Shown here piece by piece: positions 7,778 to 17,979 of a DNA stretch of 64,000 bases. Positions within the stretch are counted from its first letter, which is position 1. Each line of letters opens with the position of its first letter. Location: the NCBI GenBank assembly GCA_051003195.1, contig JBPCLP010000020.1, positions 64,001-128,000 of the forward strand, written 5' to 3'. Below the pieces are notes generated by a model. The model had not been told where the DNA came from and did no database searches. It was given only the letters and a program-made list of their open reading frames with translations. Position numbers and translations under genes: made by a program. The DNA comes from Candidatus Sumerlaeaceae bacterium (lineage in GTDB: Bacteria > Sumerlaeota > Sumerlaeia > Sumerlaeales > Sumerlaeaceae).

Positions 7778-10273
7778 TTACTCTTTTCTCTTCATGCGGA
7801 GGATGGTATAGGAATGTGCAGGGAACTCATGTTCGAACTCTTCACCGATCCCCACGACTGGTAGCTGCTTCCAGCGGACGTGGTCGGGAGCTTCCGGCGT
7901 ATTCCTGTCGGTGAGATCGCCAGCCATGATCCACATGTCGGCGGAGACGTCGGGAGCAAACCTCCGGGTGGCGATAGTTGCGCGATGCGAACCGTGGCCG
8001 ATGTTCACCACCTTCAGCACCAGCGTTCCACCGTCCTCACTCCTTGTTGCTGTGACGTCCAACTCATCGTTTGGGCTGCTCACTTCAGCTGCAACCCGCA
8101 GGGGCAGATAATTTTGCGCTGCTATCTGCTGAGCGTAATAAGGGGGCATTCCCCACACTTTGCCGCTCGTGAAAAAGAGCTGTCCCTGGTCCCAGCCATT
8201 GTCGTTCTGCTTCCACGGCTGGAGACAGTTGGCCGGGCAGTCCATCAGAACGTAATCGCCGTGGCGTTCCAATGTGTTCAGCATATGCGCGTGCCCAAGA
8301 GCCCGCTGGAAATCATGCCTGTTCCCGTTCTCCTCAAGCACACAAGCCTTCAGCTTGTTGCCTGGCGTCCACTCCTGGATCAGCTTTGGCATGCGGGAGA
8401 AGATTCGGTCGGCATCATCGGCATCGCGCAAATTGTCACCGCCGACATGAACATCCCAAAGGTCGGCGATTCCACCAAGCTCCTCGACTACCTTCCGCGT
8501 AGCAGGATTGTCGGGCTCCCACCAGGCTGCGACAATGAACTCTAGATTCGGATCGCGCCCCTTCATGGCCTTCTGGAGAACTTTGAACCGCTCAATGTAA
8601 TGCGGTTCTGCCATTTCTTCATTTCCGATCTGGACGTACTTAACGCTGTAGGGTTGCGGATGTCCGTTCTCAGCTCGCCGTCGGCCCCAGTGGGTGGATG
8701 CGGGAGCGTTCAGATAGTCTATGAGATCTGCGGCGTCCTGGGCCGTTTCCTCCATGTTGATTGTGAAGACAGGCTCGAATCCTGCGGCCCGGCAGAACTG
8801 GACGAACTCCTCGATGCCGAAGCCGTTAGTAGAGTAGGGGTACCAATAGCCGTGATACATGTGCCGCTCGGCGCGTTCGCCGATCATCTGTTTCCATCGG
8901 TACTCCGGAGCGTTCACCATCAGCCCGCCATATCGGAGCGTTTTCAGACCTTGTTGTACCAGTGAAGTGCCCAAATCGTTTCGCACAGGAAGGCCGAGGA
9001 ACAGATCCTCTTTCGTCCCGCTGAGATAAGCCTGGTCAACCCAGAGACGGCCCCCGGGCTGATCGATCCAGATCGCGAAACGCGCATTCTCGTCCGTTGA
9101 ATCCGAACGCAGCGTAAAATTATGGCGGGTCCATTCACGGCTACTCTGGTGCAGAACCTGGCGCGCGTACGTGCGGCTTCCATCGGCGCTTTGCAACGCG
9201 ACGGTAACTGCACCGGTGTAACCTTCCTGGCGCAAGTAGACATAACCCTGGTACTCGTGTCCTTCGCGGAACGTGAGACCCCAGCGGTTAAGCCCCCGGT
9301 TCGCAATGCCGACCGTACCGGTTCCCGCTTTCAGGCCAAGCAATTGCGAGCAACTCGAATTGAACGCGTCGTCACGTGTCCACTGGAGATCTCCCATGGC
9401 GTCTCCCGTTTGCACCGTGTCCCACGGAGCGCTGACCCCGGCCCTTGGTTTTGAGACCGGTCCCGCTACATCGAAATCCTTATTCTCCCCCGCCTGTGTC
9501 GAAATGCGGAGATTCCGGAACGAGACGTTGGAGTGCCATGTGCGCAATCCGACCTTCCCGGACGCGATGGGCGCAGAGATGTCAGTATATTCGACTGTGG
9601 GATAGGGTGCATTGTCCAGGAACACCCGGATGGTCGATCCTTCAAGTTCGACTCGCAGGCGGTACCAGCGTCCCGGCACCAGGGCGGCCGGCACCCGGAC
9701 AAGTTCGCGATAGTCATTGCGGTGCCGTCCCAACGAGATATGTCCGCGATGGGTACTCATGCTGATCTCGTATCCGGTCCACGCATCAGGCCCTGGTTGG
9801 GCATCCTGCACGCGCACGATCAGCCCGGCATTTTCGCTGACGAAGTTATTGTCCTCAATCATGACGTCACATTCGACCGTGCCGTCGGTGATCACTGGCT
9901 CGTGCCGGACGATCTTTGCCCCCGCACCGCCCATCACTCTGCAGAGCCCTGGTTCCTCCAGCCACTTTCCCTCGTACACGGACCAGCCTTCTGGCAATCC
10001 CTTCCCAGGCGGCGGCTCCTCAAAACTCTCACCAAAGATCATCTGGGCGTACAGCCCGCCATAAACTTCATGATTTACGTCCTCGATGCACGAGCCGTAC
10101 ATCAGCGGTGTCACGCGGTTGAGAACAATGTTGGGATCCACTCCGATGCGAGAGTCAGCCGCCGCTCTGCAGATCCCAGAAGCGCTCACGCAAAGCACAT
10201 ATATGATTGCCCGCACAAATACGTCGCGACGCAGGCATGCGAGCCGCAGCTCGACCGACTGGGTTGCTGGCAT
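7778..10273 (-). CDS. Alpha-L-arabinofuranosidase-like protein (GH51) with an inserted DUF1080/LamG-like domain
   Basis: EDVNHEVYGGLYAQMIFGESFE, RYGG, GFGIEEFVQFC, VKYVQIGNEE and C-terminal HEFPAHSYTILR. The insert includes GKVGLRTWHSNVSFRNL. Confidence 0.85.
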   Translation of the reverse strand: MPATQSVELRLACLRRDVFVRAIIYVLCVSASGICRAAADSRIGVDPNIVLNRVTPLMYGSCIEDVNHEVYGGLYAQMIFGESFEEPPPGKGLPEGWSVYEGKWLEEPGLCRVMGGAGAKIVRHEPVITDGTVECDVMIEDNNFVSENAGLIVRVQDAQPGPDAWTGYEISMSTHRGHISLGRHRNDYRELVRVPAALVPGRWYRLRVELEGSTIRVFLDNAPYPTVEYTDISAPIASGKVGLRTWHSNVSFRNLRISTQAGENKDFDVAGPVSKPRAGVSAPWDTVQTGDAMGDLQWTRDDAFNSSCSQLLGLKAGTGTVGIANRGLNRWGLTFREGHEYQGYVYLRQEGYTGAVTVALQSADGSRTYARQVLHQSSREWTRHNFTLRSDSTDENARFAIWIDQPGGRLWVDQAYLSGTKEDLFLGLPVRNDLGTSLVQQGLKTLRYGGLMVNAPEYRWKQMIGERAERHMYHGYWYPYSTNGFGIEEFVQFCRAAGFEPVFTINMEETAQDAADLIDYLNAPASTHWGRRRAENGHPQPYSVKYVQIGNEEMAEPHYIERFKVLQKAMKGRDPNLEFIVAAWWEPDNPATRKVVEELGGIADLWDVHVGGDNLRDADDADRIFSRMPKLIQEWTPGNKLKACVLEENGNRHDFQRALGHAHMLNTLERHGDYVLMDCPANCLQPWKQNDNGWDQGQLFFTSGKVWGMPPYYAQQIAAQNYLPLRVAAEVSSPNDELDVTATRSEDGGTLVLKVVNIGHGSHRATIATRRFAPDVSADMWIMAGDLTDRNTPEAPDHVRWKQLPVVGIGEEFEHEFPAHSYTILRMKRKE

Positions 10274-10505
10274 GGTCGCGAAACCTTTCTCGTCGGAGGT
10301 TGTGGCTATGCACCCACAGAGGAGTACGGATCAAGCAAAACGTCTGGACGAGGATCAGCTCCCGTCAATTATGACTTTCTCCTCTTATTGCTTTCCTCCA
10401 AAACTTTGCCGATGTTAACTCTGGACAGGAACCTTCGTGCGACATGTAACGGCGTCTGCCCATTAACCGGCCATGTTCAAGCCAGATTGGAGCAAAATTG
10501 TGTCG

Positions 10506-12770
10506 ATGATGGATAGGCGCCAGTTTTTGGCAGATGTGGGAGCAGGTGCTGTGGTGCTTACAGCCAACTCCGCCCTGCGGCCGGTTGAGCAGCCCAGTGC
10601 TACGCCGGTGCAGTCTGAAGGTACTCAGCACGGAACAGCCATAACCACTGGCGCTGATCCGAAAGCACTGGCAGCGTCAAAAATCGATTTCAGGTACGCG
10701 CCGAGACACTGGCGCACTGCCATCTGTTTCCCCGACGACTCAAACAAGACTCTTGTCGGCGACAAAGGGGATTTGCAATATGCTGCAGTTACCGTTGAGT
10801 TCGCTCTGGCCGGTATGGAACCGCAGAATAGGACGAGGCAAAGCCTGGAAGCGCCGCAAATCCCTGTCCTTACAACAGAGTTTGAAACAGCGGGAGCGCG
10901 TTATTGCCTGACTACCTTTGCGACACAGCGGGCGTCAGAAGGCCGCGTGGACAATGTACTCATGGAGATATGGTCTACCGAAGCGGATTCACTTGATGTC
11001 GTTCCTATACTTACAATGCGAACGATTCAGGCGATGGCACCTGAGAAGCACGACTCGTTCTCCGTGATTCGATCTGCGGCAGACTCAAAGACCCTTTTCT
11101 TTGCGGCCGACGCAATTATGCGAGGGTGTACTCCAATTCGGGGCGACGGTTTTTCTTCAACCGATATGGTTAAAACCTGTGAGTTCGTACGCGGAACTGC
11201 GACGAAGGAAAAGCCCCATCGCATCTTCTTCCGGTTTCCTCAGCAGGGGCAGGATCTTGAAAAGATACGGTCGGGAATCAGCCAGCCGGAGGCACTCCTG
11301 GATGAGACCCGCTTGTTTTGGAAAAAATGGAAACCCCTGGCCGGGAATGTCGGCTGGGAACAACCGAAGACGCACACGGAGTTCCTGACCGCATGTGCAC
11401 GAAACATTTTGCAGGCTCGTGAAGTGAAGGATGGGAAACTGACTTTCCAGGTTGGGGCGCTGGATTACCGCGGGCTATGGATCGTAGACGGAAACTTTAT
11501 CCTGGAAGCCGCACGTTATCTTGGGTATGATGAAGAAGCGCAACAGGGACTTGAGGCAACATGGGCTAAACAGCGTAAGGACGGTGGTGTCTTTGCGGGG
11601 GCTGGTGATAATCATTGGAAGGATACCTCGATCGCCCTGTTCACTCTCGTGCGGCAGGCGGAACTCGCGCAGAACTGGGATTATTTCCGACAGATGCAGC
11701 CGAACATTCTGCGGGCGATTCAGTTTGTCCGCAATCTGCGAGAGAAAGCCCGCAGTCAGCAGGGACCCAGTGGACGCTATGGGCTGCTGGTGCGGGGGAG
11801 TCCCGACGGTGGCATCGCAGGAGATCGGCACGAATTCACCAATACTCTGTGGACACTTGCCGGATTAAAAGCCGTAGCGGAAGCGGCCGAAATACAGGGT
11901 CTTACAGATCTTTCTCCAGCGCGCGCCCTGTATACCGAATTGCGTACTGCCTTTGATGCTGCTGCGAAACAGGAGATGCGCCGCCACCCCAGCGGGTTTG
12001 AGTACCTGCACATGCTCATGAAGGAGGATGAGTTGTGGACGGAGCCTGACGAGTGGTACCAGCCTCGACCTCAAAGCGCACAATGGGCCCTTTCACATGC
12101 CATTGCTCCCGGAAATGTTTTTGCGGCCGACGATCCAGTCACGCAGGGCCACATTCGCCTGATGCAAGCCTGCACGAAAGAAGATGTTCCCGTTGAAACA
12201 GGATGGTCTCCGCACCAGGGCGTATGGACCTACAATGCGGCTTTTGTGGCGCAGGTCTATTTGTGGGCAGGGATGCCTGAGTGGGCCCATCGTACATTTG
12301 CAGGATTTCTCAATCACGCGACTTCCCTCTATACCTGGAAGGAAGAACAGCCTCTGCGGGGATCCTTTACAGGCGCCCTTATCGGAGATATGCCCCACAA
12401 CTGGGCGAGTGCGGAATGTATCCGCTATCTGCGTCACATGCTCGCTCTTGAAGATGGTGTCAAATTAAGGCTGCTTGCGGGGATAACAGATTCGGAGCTC
12501 AGCTACGACAGTTCTTATTCGATAACCGAATCGCCAACGCGTTTTGGCCGCGTCTCGTTGCGACTTGCACCACAAAACAGCGGTAAATCCTGGCGTCTGG
12601 AGTTCAGACGGTCTCACGGACCGGCGCCGGCGCAGGTGCGGCTTCCAGCGAGGCTTGGGTCGAGATTCGTTTTTGCGGAAGCAAAAGGTGCAGCCGACAC
12701 TCGTGATGGACAAGCCGTTTTGCTGACACCCGAGGCTGCTTCCTGGTCAGCAACCTGGACAACGGGTTAG
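10506..12770 (+). CDS. Tat-exported glycoside hydrolase-like protein, probable (alpha/alpha)6 barrel, family unclear
   Basis: Twin-arginine DRRQFL signal. YRGLWIVDG, WKEEQP and GDMPHNWASAE resemble six-hairpin glycosidase-like proteins. Confidence 0.7.
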   Translation: MMDRRQFLADVGAGAVVLTANSALRPVEQPSATPVQSEGTQHGTAITTGADPKALAASKIDFRYAPRHWRTAICFPDDSNKTLVGDKGDLQYAAVTVEFALAGMEPQNRTRQSLEAPQIPVLTTEFETAGARYCLTTFATQRASEGRVDNVLMEIWSTEADSLDVVPILTMRTIQAMAPEKHDSFSVIRSAADSKTLFFAADAIMRGCTPIRGDGFSSTDMVKTCEFVRGTATKEKPHRIFFRFPQQGQDLEKIRSGISQPEALLDETRLFWKKWKPLAGNVGWEQPKTHTEFLTACARNILQAREVKDGKLTFQVGALDYRGLWIVDGNFILEAARYLGYDEEAQQGLEATWAKQRKDGGVFAGAGDNHWKDTSIALFTLVRQAELAQNWDYFRQMQPNILRAIQFVRNLREKARSQQGPSGRYGLLVRGSPDGGIAGDRHEFTNTLWTLAGLKAVAEAAEIQGLTDLSPARALYTELRTAFDAAAKQEMRRHPSGFEYLHMLMKEDELWTEPDEWYQPRPQSAQWALSHAIAPGNVFAADDPVTQGHIRLMQACTKEDVPVETGWSPHQGVWTYNAAFVAQVYLWAGMPEWAHRTFAGFLNHATSLYTWKEEQPLRGSFTGALIGDMPHNWASAECIRYLRHMLALEDGVKLRLLAGITDSELSYDSSYSITESPTRFGRVSLRLAPQNSGKSWRLEFRRSHGPAPAQVRLPARLGSRFVFAEAKGAADTRDGQAVLLTPEAASWSATWTTG

Positions 12771-13006
12771 ACCATGGGGAGTCGGGCTGCTCAAGTTTGG
12801 GTTTACACGTGTTGGTTGCCGGGTCATACTCCTCGTTGGAAGCCTTGGCGGTGCTCGGCGGTGCTGAACATATGCTCGCGCCGGTTGCCACGATGAGTCA
12901 CGTGTTGCGGGTAACCGGGAACGACAACTTCTGCAAATCCAGCCACGCCAAACCAGCTGCATGATACATGCAGCTGGAATCGATGGATGACCTGTCCGCT
13001 CAAAAC

Positions 13007-13699
13007 CTACTTGTTGGGCTGCGTCCTCTGCATCATGTCAGTCGCACCCGCCGGCGGAGTGAACCGGAAAGTCCCGGCAGGTATCGGCTGATTGACCGTC
13101 CAGCGGCTGTAACTCTGCCCACTCATGCGGGGTTGAGTAACCTGGATCGTTGAGTAAACGGGCAGCGGCTGCGCACCATCCGCAAACCAAATATCGCCGC
13201 TGCTGCCATTGCCAGTCGTGATTCGCACATGGTTGGTTGATATGCCACCTATGGTGTCTTTACCGATAAGAGTAACCTGCCGCGCACCCGCCTTCGATCC
13301 GAAGGGCCCTTCTTTCCCGAGAGGACCTGCCAGCGTCTCCTGAAGGTCAGCCATGATATTCGTTTCGGTTGTTTGCTTGCTGATATACTGGTTCTTTTTC
13401 GGGAAGAATGTAGTTCGCTGTGCACCGTTGCGATAGGAGCTGAATCCCCCGCCCCCGCTCAGAGATTCAAACCGAGTTACCATTTTATCGGGCGCTTCGG
13501 CCCACGCCTGCATTCGAGTAGCAATCGGACCTTTGTCGCTTGTCATCGTAGAGACTGTGTCGCAGTAAACAGTTTTAACCGACTGCGCAAACTTGCTACT
13601 CTGCTCCAGGATTGCGTTTCCGTCCGTTGTCTCCGCAACGGCTACACTGCCGCCGAGAAACAGACCTGTGCAGATAACTGATGCAACTCTTGTCATCAT
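13007..13699 (-). CDS. Secreted LolA-like/DUF2092-type protein
   Basis: Signal peptide (VICTGLFLGGSVAVA). Ending W..NQPIPAGTFRFTPPAGA is typical of LolA-fold proteins. Confidence 0.7.
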   Translation of the reverse strand: MMTRVASVICTGLFLGGSVAVAETTDGNAILEQSSKFAQSVKTVYCDTVSTMTSDKGPIATRMQAWAEAPDKMVTRFESLSGGGGFSSYRNGAQRTTFFPKKNQYISKQTTETNIMADLQETLAGPLGKEGPFGSKAGARQVTLIGKDTIGGISTNHVRITTGNGSSGDIWFADGAQPLPVYSTIQVTQPRMSGQSYSRWTVNQPIPAGTFRFTPPAGATDMMQRTQPNK

Positions 13700-14128
13700 T
13701 CTCTCTTTCAACCCCGATCATTAAGGAGATGAAAGAAAAAACTGGAGCCCGGCAATTTCAAATACGTGTAGAGTTGCTTTCGGGACCAACCTAGGCAAAC
13801 ATGTGGACCCAACAAGGGGACGCCCTTCAAAAAAGTTGCGAGCGCGGACTCAAAGACTCGCTGCTCTCACCCCGATGGCACGTTCTAACACCCCTGTTTG
13901 CGGCCGGCTGCTCAGTCCAGCTTGAGCACGGTGGCATTGCTCATCAAATCCGATTCCAGTGACGAAGTGAGATCTCTGGCGGGTTTCGCATTGACACACC
14001 GCGCTAAGATTTCAGACGTTATATCCAGCTGCCAGTAAGCGTTGGCAGGGTCGAGGAACCCGCTGGCATACAGGCTTAAATGATTGCGGTTCATTTCGGC
14101 AGGCGCGCCAGCGCAGGGGGATGACCTG

Positions 14129-15025
14129 ATGGGCGACAGTATCGGGGAACTGATCGATGAAAACCAGAAGGCGACCGAAGCACTTATTGTGCACCTGGAC
14201 AAGACGCTCGTCATCGCGGCAACTTACGACCACTTCCTGAAGAGAGTGCAGTACGAGGCGCAGGGCGGCGCGATTTATAAATGTAAGGAAACCCTGAAGG
14301 ACGCCACCTTCGCACTGGAAGGCGCCGACACTAATCTTCAGAAAAGCCACGACGCCGCACTCGAGCAGTTGCACGATTCGCACGAGAGAGCGGAGACCGC
14401 AACCGCGCAGCTTCGCAAGCTGAGCGACGAGGTGATTCGCGTCACCCAGGAATACGGCGCGTCCATCGAGAAGATGAACGCAGACGCAACGGAGCTGATG
14501 GACCTCGCGCACCAGCATTTTACGAAAATCGATGAGCAGTGGAACGAGACCGGCGAATCCGTGGCGGAACACCGCGAGCATTTTACGCAGCACGTGGATG
14601 AGTACACGGAAATCGTGGAAGACTCGCGTGACGAGTTGCACGGGCAACAGCAGCAGCTGGAGACAGACATCCAGGAGATCGGACCTGTGCTCGAGCAGCA
14701 CGCCACCCGGCTTGCGGAGATCCTGGAAGAGCTGGCAACCAATGGCGATACCGGAATGAACATGCTGATCACCGACACCGGTGCACTCACAGGCGTATCC
14801 TTCCTCAAAGATGCCCTGGAGAAGGAATTCGAGCGCATCGGCGGAGAAATGAAGGAGATCGAAGAGCGGCTGCTGGACCGCATGGACGAACTTGTCGAAA
14901 CAGCAGGCAAGGGGCAGCAAGCGCTGCACGGTGCCGTCAGCACCACGATGGACGAGGTCGAGGCAGTCTCCGCGTTGCTCGACCAGGTTCAGCCGCTGCT
15001 CAACGCAATCGAAGACATCGATTAA
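14129..15025 (+). CDS. Acidic alpha-helical hypothetical protein A (298 aa)
   Basis: GGGGG RBS-like run before the ATG at 14129. E/D/A/L/Q-rich and proline-poor. First of four co-oriented genes. Confidence 0.8.
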   Translation: MGDSIGELIDENQKATEALIVHLDKTLVIAATYDHFLKRVQYEAQGGAIYKCKETLKDATFALEGADTNLQKSHDAALEQLHDSHERAETATAQLRKLSDEVIRVTQEYGASIEKMNADATELMDLAHQHFTKIDEQWNETGESVAEHREHFTQHVDEYTEIVEDSRDELHGQQQQLETDIQEIGPVLEQHATRLAEILEELATNGDTGMNMLITDTGALTGVSFLKDALEKEFERIGGEMKEIEERLLDRMDELVETAGKGQQALHGAVSTTMDEVEAVSALLDQVQPLLNAIEDID

Positions 15026-15054
15026 CAGGGACGGATGACGGGAGAACGCGCATA

Positions 15055-16041
15055 ATGGGAGACCCGCAAGTCGCACTCGAAAACTCGGTTGAGAATCTCC
15101 AGAAATTACTGGAGGCGCTCAACGGTGCCAGCCAACACGCCGAGCGCGATTTCGATAAGCTGGAGAGCAAGCCCGACGATGACGAGGTGTTGAACGACCT
15201 GGTGGAAAAGGTGAATAGCATCCAGGAGGCGACGCGTCTAAAGTTCGTGGAGCAGCTGCCGAAAGATACAGGGGACGTTGCCACGGAGCTGGGCCAGTTA
15301 GAGATTGCGGCCAAAGGTGCGCACCAGCTGATGGAGAACCTTGAAAAGTCGCTCGAAGCCGCGGACCTCGACCTTGTAAACGCCGTGGCGCAGGCGCAAA
15401 CGCAGCTGCAGGAAGCGCAGTCTACGTCCAGTCTCTCGCAGACCAACCTGACCGAGCATCTCGAGCTTGCCGTGACTACTGCAACCGAAGCGCACCAGGA
15501 GGCGGACCACGTGCACGAGCGGCTCAAACAGCTCGGCGACGACCTCCGCGACGAAACTGTAAAACTTTTCGAGCAGGCGCGCGAGGCGGTGGAGCACGCA
15601 ATCCAGACCGTGGACCAGACGTTGCATGCGTCCGTAGATACCTCCCTGAAAACGATCATGGCGGCACTGGAAGGTCCGATCAAAACCGGGCTCGACCAGG
15701 CAATCGAGACATTCGATGAGCGTGCCACCGTCGACGTCTCATGGGTGGTTCAGGCCAGCACCCACATCGAGGCCGCCGTTGGCGGGGTTTACTCAAACAT
15801 AAACACATTCGCGCGGCACTGCAGTGAGAAACTCGCGACGGAACTGCAGCAGGAGTTCGACAAAGCGGTCGACCTCGCTGGCTCGCAACTTGTCGGGGAA
15901 CTGGCAGAAGTTGTGCAGCTGGTGTCGCTGGCGCTTGTTGCGTTGGAAAGTCTGCGCCCGCTGCTGCCCGAACTCTCCGTAGCCGAGAAGACCCTGGAAG
16001 AATTCAATGCAGTGTTGGAGCAAATGTCGACCGGTCCGTAG
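15055..16041 (+). CDS. Acidic alpha-helical hypothetical protein B (328 aa)
   Basis: GGGAG RBS. Helical heptad-like pattern with one moderately hydrophobic stretch (LAEVVQLVSLALVAL). Confidence 0.82.
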   Translation: MGDPQVALENSVENLQKLLEALNGASQHAERDFDKLESKPDDDEVLNDLVEKVNSIQEATRLKFVEQLPKDTGDVATELGQLEIAAKGAHQLMENLEKSLEAADLDLVNAVAQAQTQLQEAQSTSSLSQTNLTEHLELAVTTATEAHQEADHVHERLKQLGDDLRDETVKLFEQAREAVEHAIQTVDQTLHASVDTSLKTIMAALEGPIKTGLDQAIETFDERATVDVSWVVQASTHIEAAVGGVYSNINTFARHCSEKLATELQQEFDKAVDLAGSQLVGELAEVVQLVSLALVALESLRPLLPELSVAEKTLEEFNAVLEQMSTGP

Positions 16042-16072
16042 TCCGGACTGCCGTTAAGAAAGCGAACCAGCC

Positions 16073-16996
16073 ATGGACCCACGCGCACAAAAGCTCGGCG
16101 AATACGCAGCTAAATTTTACCCGACTATCGAGCTGCAGCAGGATTTTTTCGATAAGATCATTGAAGAAGCACAGGAATCGGAGGACAAAGCCGAAGAAAT
16201 CCTGGAGCAGCTGGAGGAGCTCTTCGCGGAACTTAGCGCCGAGTTGCAGACTTACGAGGAAGAGACCGACAAACAGCAGCAGCAGGTGCAGCTGGACGTC
16301 GAGCACGCGCAAAAGGCGATCGAGGAATTCACCGAGTGGGTGGACCAGCAGCAAACAGAAATGAACGATGCCGTCGCGGCCGCGGTCGAGAAGCTGAAAG
16401 CTGTGCAGGAGCGGGCAGACACCACCGATACCGCCGTGGAAGAACAACTGACGAAGATGACCGCTGCGCTGGCCGGCCTGGACGAACACGTCAAGCAAGG
16501 CGAGGCATCGCTGGAAGCCGTGGTGAAGGAGGCGACTACCACGGTTGAAGCGATAAAGGAATCGCTGCGCATGGCAGTGGAATCGATGCACGCAGATGTC
16601 GACGCGCTGGAAGCCGAGATCGTTCGCTCGCAGGAAAACGCCGAGAATGGCATTAAGGAATTTGGCACGCAACTCGAAGAAGTTAAGACCGCATACATCA
16701 AGCAGCTCGTCGAAATGGAACAGGAAAAGGCAGTGGCGCCGGGCGATGAGCTTATCGAGGCGCACGAGGAACGATATGCCGCCGCCCGCGAATCGGCAGA
16801 CTCTTCTCAGCAGGCTCTCATCGAGGCGATCCAGGAAACGAGCGAGGAACTGACCAGCGCCAAAACCGCACTGGCGGGCGCACGGCAAACCGCAGATCCG
16901 TTTGTGGATTCCTTGCAGGAAATCGTGCGGCCGCTGGGCGTAAGCCTGGAAGCCGCGCGCGATGCTGCCGGTAAGCTCGGCATCGAGTTCAAGTAG
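16073..16996 (+). CDS. Acidic alpha-helical hypothetical protein C (307 aa)
   Basis: Very E/Q/A-rich, no Cys, coiled-coil-like. Starts 31 nt after gene B. Confidence 0.82.
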   Translation: MDPRAQKLGEYAAKFYPTIELQQDFFDKIIEEAQESEDKAEEILEQLEELFAELSAELQTYEEETDKQQQQVQLDVEHAQKAIEEFTEWVDQQQTEMNDAVAAAVEKLKAVQERADTTDTAVEEQLTKMTAALAGLDEHVKQGEASLEAVVKEATTTVEAIKESLRMAVESMHADVDALEAEIVRSQENAENGIKEFGTQLEEVKTAYIKQLVEMEQEKAVAPGDELIEAHEERYAAARESADSSQQALIEAIQETSEELTSAKTALAGARQTADPFVDSLQEIVRPLGVSLEAARDAAGKLGIEFK

Positions 16997-17017
16997 ATCA
17001 GGAGAGGAACGAGTACC

Positions 17018-17923
17018 ATGGGAGCCAACGAATTCGAGAAAGTCGCCCTTCAGGCGGTCGACCGTTTTGAACAACTGGACAAGTGGAGCGACGAACACCT
17101 GGACAGCGCCATCACTACCCGCAATATCCTGGAGAACACTTTTCATCTGGTCGAGGTGAACTGGGAAAAAACGCAAACGGCCGCCGATGCACTGCGCGAT
17201 AAACTCACGGACCAGCACGCGGCGCGTGCCGAGGCATTCCAGCAGCTGCATGAAGAACTGCAGGAGATCCTGCAGATCCTGACAGACCTGCAAGCCGCCG
17301 CCCAACAGCAGATGACCGATGCCAAATCTCACCTCGAACTGTTCACGGATACGCTGGACCAGTTTGACCAGAAGCTCGAGGTAGACCAGGCTGCCGCCGC
17401 GCAAAATCATTCCGAGGCCATTGAGGAAATTACCCAGATGACCACGGCGGTCGACCAGCTTACTTACAAGGCGGCCAACTACCTGGAGGAAGCCGGCACG
17501 CACATGGAGCAGGACATCCAGCATGTGCAGGCGCAGGGCACCGCACTGGAAGAATTGCTCACACAGCACACGTCCACTGCGGCGCAGCACGTCGAAGGCT
17601 TTGTCGAGCACCTTGCAGAACTCACCACGCGCGCCAGCAATGCCGTGGACGAGGCGATCGAGCAGGAGAACAAAGTCTTCGACGAATTCTGGGACGACGT
17701 GAAGCAACTGGTGCTGGAGCAGAACGGCGAGCATCTCGACGTTGGGATTGAGGCGTGGCAGGAGGAAGCCAGCAGCCTTGCAGACGATATTAACACCAAG
17801 CGCGAAAGCTTCGAGGATTTAAACGACGCACTGAACGCCGACATGGATACCGCCAACGGCACACTAAAAACGGCCGTGCGCGTGCTGGATGAACTGCAGC
17901 AAACACTCGAGAAGTTTAACTGA
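17018..17923 (+). CDS. Acidic alpha-helical hypothetical protein D (301 aa)
   Basis: AGGAGAGG RBS. The translation has no Pro or Cys and is E/D/Q/A-rich. Confidence 0.82.
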   Translation: MGANEFEKVALQAVDRFEQLDKWSDEHLDSAITTRNILENTFHLVEVNWEKTQTAADALRDKLTDQHAARAEAFQQLHEELQEILQILTDLQAAAQQQMTDAKSHLELFTDTLDQFDQKLEVDQAAAAQNHSEAIEEITQMTTAVDQLTYKAANYLEEAGTHMEQDIQHVQAQGTALEELLTQHTSTAAQHVEGFVEHLAELTTRASNAVDEAIEQENKVFDEFWDDVKQLVLEQNGEHLDVGIEAWQEEASSLADDINTKRESFEDLNDALNADMDTANGTLKTAVRVLDELQQTLEKFN

Positions 17924-17979
17924 AAGCTCCTCTCGGGTTAATGATTTCCAAGGAGCGAATCGGAACTTACAGATCGGAG

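Noticed and set aside
12604..12962. Short ORFs between the GH-like gene and the LolA-like gene
   Set aside because: They overlap the GH-like gene's 3' end and have no convincing RBS or motif.
13712..14128. tRNA or riboswitch in the larger intergenic gaps (also 21000-22070, 37240-37430, 59332-59579)
   Set aside because: I could not recognise a cloverleaf or riboswitch consensus by eye. An Infernal/Rfam scan is needed to exclude one.
14012..17734. Long minus-strand ORFs (354, 242 and 576 aa) over the four-gene cluster
   Set aside because: L/V/F- or S-rich mirror translations of the E/Q/D-rich plus-strand genes, which have the RBSs and operon-like spacing.
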